DNA of 63,559 bases, the filler included, from Octopus bimaculoides (taxonomy: Eukaryota): NCBI RefSeq assembly GCF_001194135.2. It is 4 parts of 4 records of this genome, joined end to end, with 100 filler letters (N's around TTAATTAATTAA, not from the genome) between each part and the next. Parts side by side here need not be neighbours in the genome. Positions count along the whole stretch, not along the records: positions 60,928 to 63,559 come from NC_068989.1; 3 more parts are not named here. One strand, given 5' to 3'. The notes under the pieces were generated by a model. That model worked only from the letters and a program-made list of their open reading frames with translations, was not told the DNA's origin and made no database searches. The translations under genes were made by a program, and so were the position numbers. Each line of letters opens with the position of its first letter. Position 1 is the stretch's first letter. Below are positions 62,237 through 63,559 of this stretch, piece by piece.

Positions 62237-63559
62237 NNNNNNNNNNNNNNNNNNNNNNNNNNNNNNNNNNNNNNNNNNNNNNNNNNNNNNNNNNNNNNNN
62301 NNNNNNNNNNNNNNNNNNNNNNNNNNNNNNNNNNNNNNNNNNNNNNNNNNNNNNNNNNNNNNNNNNNNNNNNNNNNNNNNNNNNNNNNNNNNNNNNNNNN
62401 NNNNNNNNNNNNNNNNNNNNNNNNNNNNNNNNNNNNNNNNNNNNNNNNNNNNNNNNNNNNNNNNNNNNNNNNNNNNNNNNNNNNNNNNNNNNNNNNNNNN
62501 NNNNNNNNNNNNNNNNNNNNNNNNNNNNNNNNNNNNNNNNNNNNNNNNNNNNNNNNNNNNNNNNNNNNNNNNNNNNNNNNNNTTCTCTCTCTCTCGCTCT
62601 CTCTCTCTCTCCCTGTCTCCCTGTCCCTCTCTCTGTCTCTCTGTATCTCTGTCTCTCTGTATCTCTGTCTCTCTGTATCTCTCTCGCTATATCTCTGTCT
62701 CTGTCTGTTTGTCTCTCTCTTTCTCTTTCTCTCTCACTCAATCACTGTCCCTCTGTCTCTCTGTCTCTCTCACTCTATCTCTGTCTCTCTCTATCTCACT
62801 CTCTCTCTCGCTCTATTTCTCTCTCTCTCTCTCTCGCTCTCTGTCTCACTCTCTATCTATTTCTCTCGCTTTATCTCCCCCTCTCTCTCCCTGTCTCTCT
62901 GTTTCTTTGTCTCTCTGTCTCTCTGTCTCTCTGTGTCTCTGTGTCTCTGTCTCTCTCACTCTATCTCTGTCTGTCTGTCTCTCTCACCCTATCCTTCTCT
63001 CTCTCTCTCTTGCTATATGTATATATATATATATATCTGTCTCTCTGTCACACACTCTCTCTCTGTCTCTCTGTCTCTCTGTCTGTCGGTCCCCCTCACT
63101 CTCTGGCTCTATCTCAGTGTCTCTGTCTGTCTGTGTGTCTCTCTCTCTGGAGAGAGAGATAGAGGAAGAGAGAGTGAGAGTGAGGGAGAGAGAGGAAGAG
63201 AGAGAGAGACAGAGATAGAGCGAGAGAAAGAGGAGAAAGAGAGAGGGAGACAGATAGACAGATAGAGAAAGAGGGAGAGAGAGTGAGATAGAGCGAGAGA
63301 GAGAGAGGGGGAGAAAGGGAGAGAGAGACAGAGAGAGAGAGATAGTGCGAGAAAGAGAGAGAGAGACGGAGATAGAGCGAGAAATAGAGAGAGAGAGACA
63401 GAGCGAGAGAGAGAGACAGAGAAACAGAGATAGAGAGATGGAGAGGAAGAAAGAGAGAGAGATAGAGAGAGACAGAGAGACAGAGATAGAGCGCGAGAGA
63501 GAGAGAGAGAGGAGCGTGAGAGAGAGAGAGAGGAGCGTGAGAGAGAGAGGAGCGAGAGA

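Overview
This is eukaryotic, AT-rich, microsatellite-saturated genomic DNA with many N gaps. The SINE/LINE repertoire looks like an octopus (coleoid cephalopod) genome; that is an inference from the repeat types. There is no CRISPR array, operon, rRNA or convincing tRNA. Almost all long ORFs in the supplied track are artefacts of N-runs or dinucleotide repeats. Three identical 100-bp spacers (N44-TTAATTAATTAA-N44 at 20789-20888, 37670-37769, 60828-60927) divide the window into four separately assembled segments whose adjacency is unproven. The only well-supported gene is the 3' end of a CEP70 (centrosomal protein 70) orthologue on the + strand. It has three phase-compatible exons (21579-21693, 25185-25264, 26876-26937) in a CpG-depleted, gene-body-like segment; its 5' exons are not visible. 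The rest is mostly tRNA-derived SINEs (at least three families), RTE-type 3' ends, and decayed CR1/L2, R4/Dong, RTE, mariner, pogo/Tigger and Penelope-like (PLE) fragments. The most interesting unexplained structures are: (1) several fold-back elements and hammerhead-ribozyme-like cores linked to PLE termini, the best at 1439-1646; (2) a ~240-bp near-perfect palindrome just downstream of the CEP70 stop codon; (3) a diverged ~210-bp tandem array that begins with a Tc1/mariner-like end; (4) CpG-retaining promoter-like motif clusters with candidate minus-strand 5' exons; (5) a hairpin-containing higher-order satellite at the right end.
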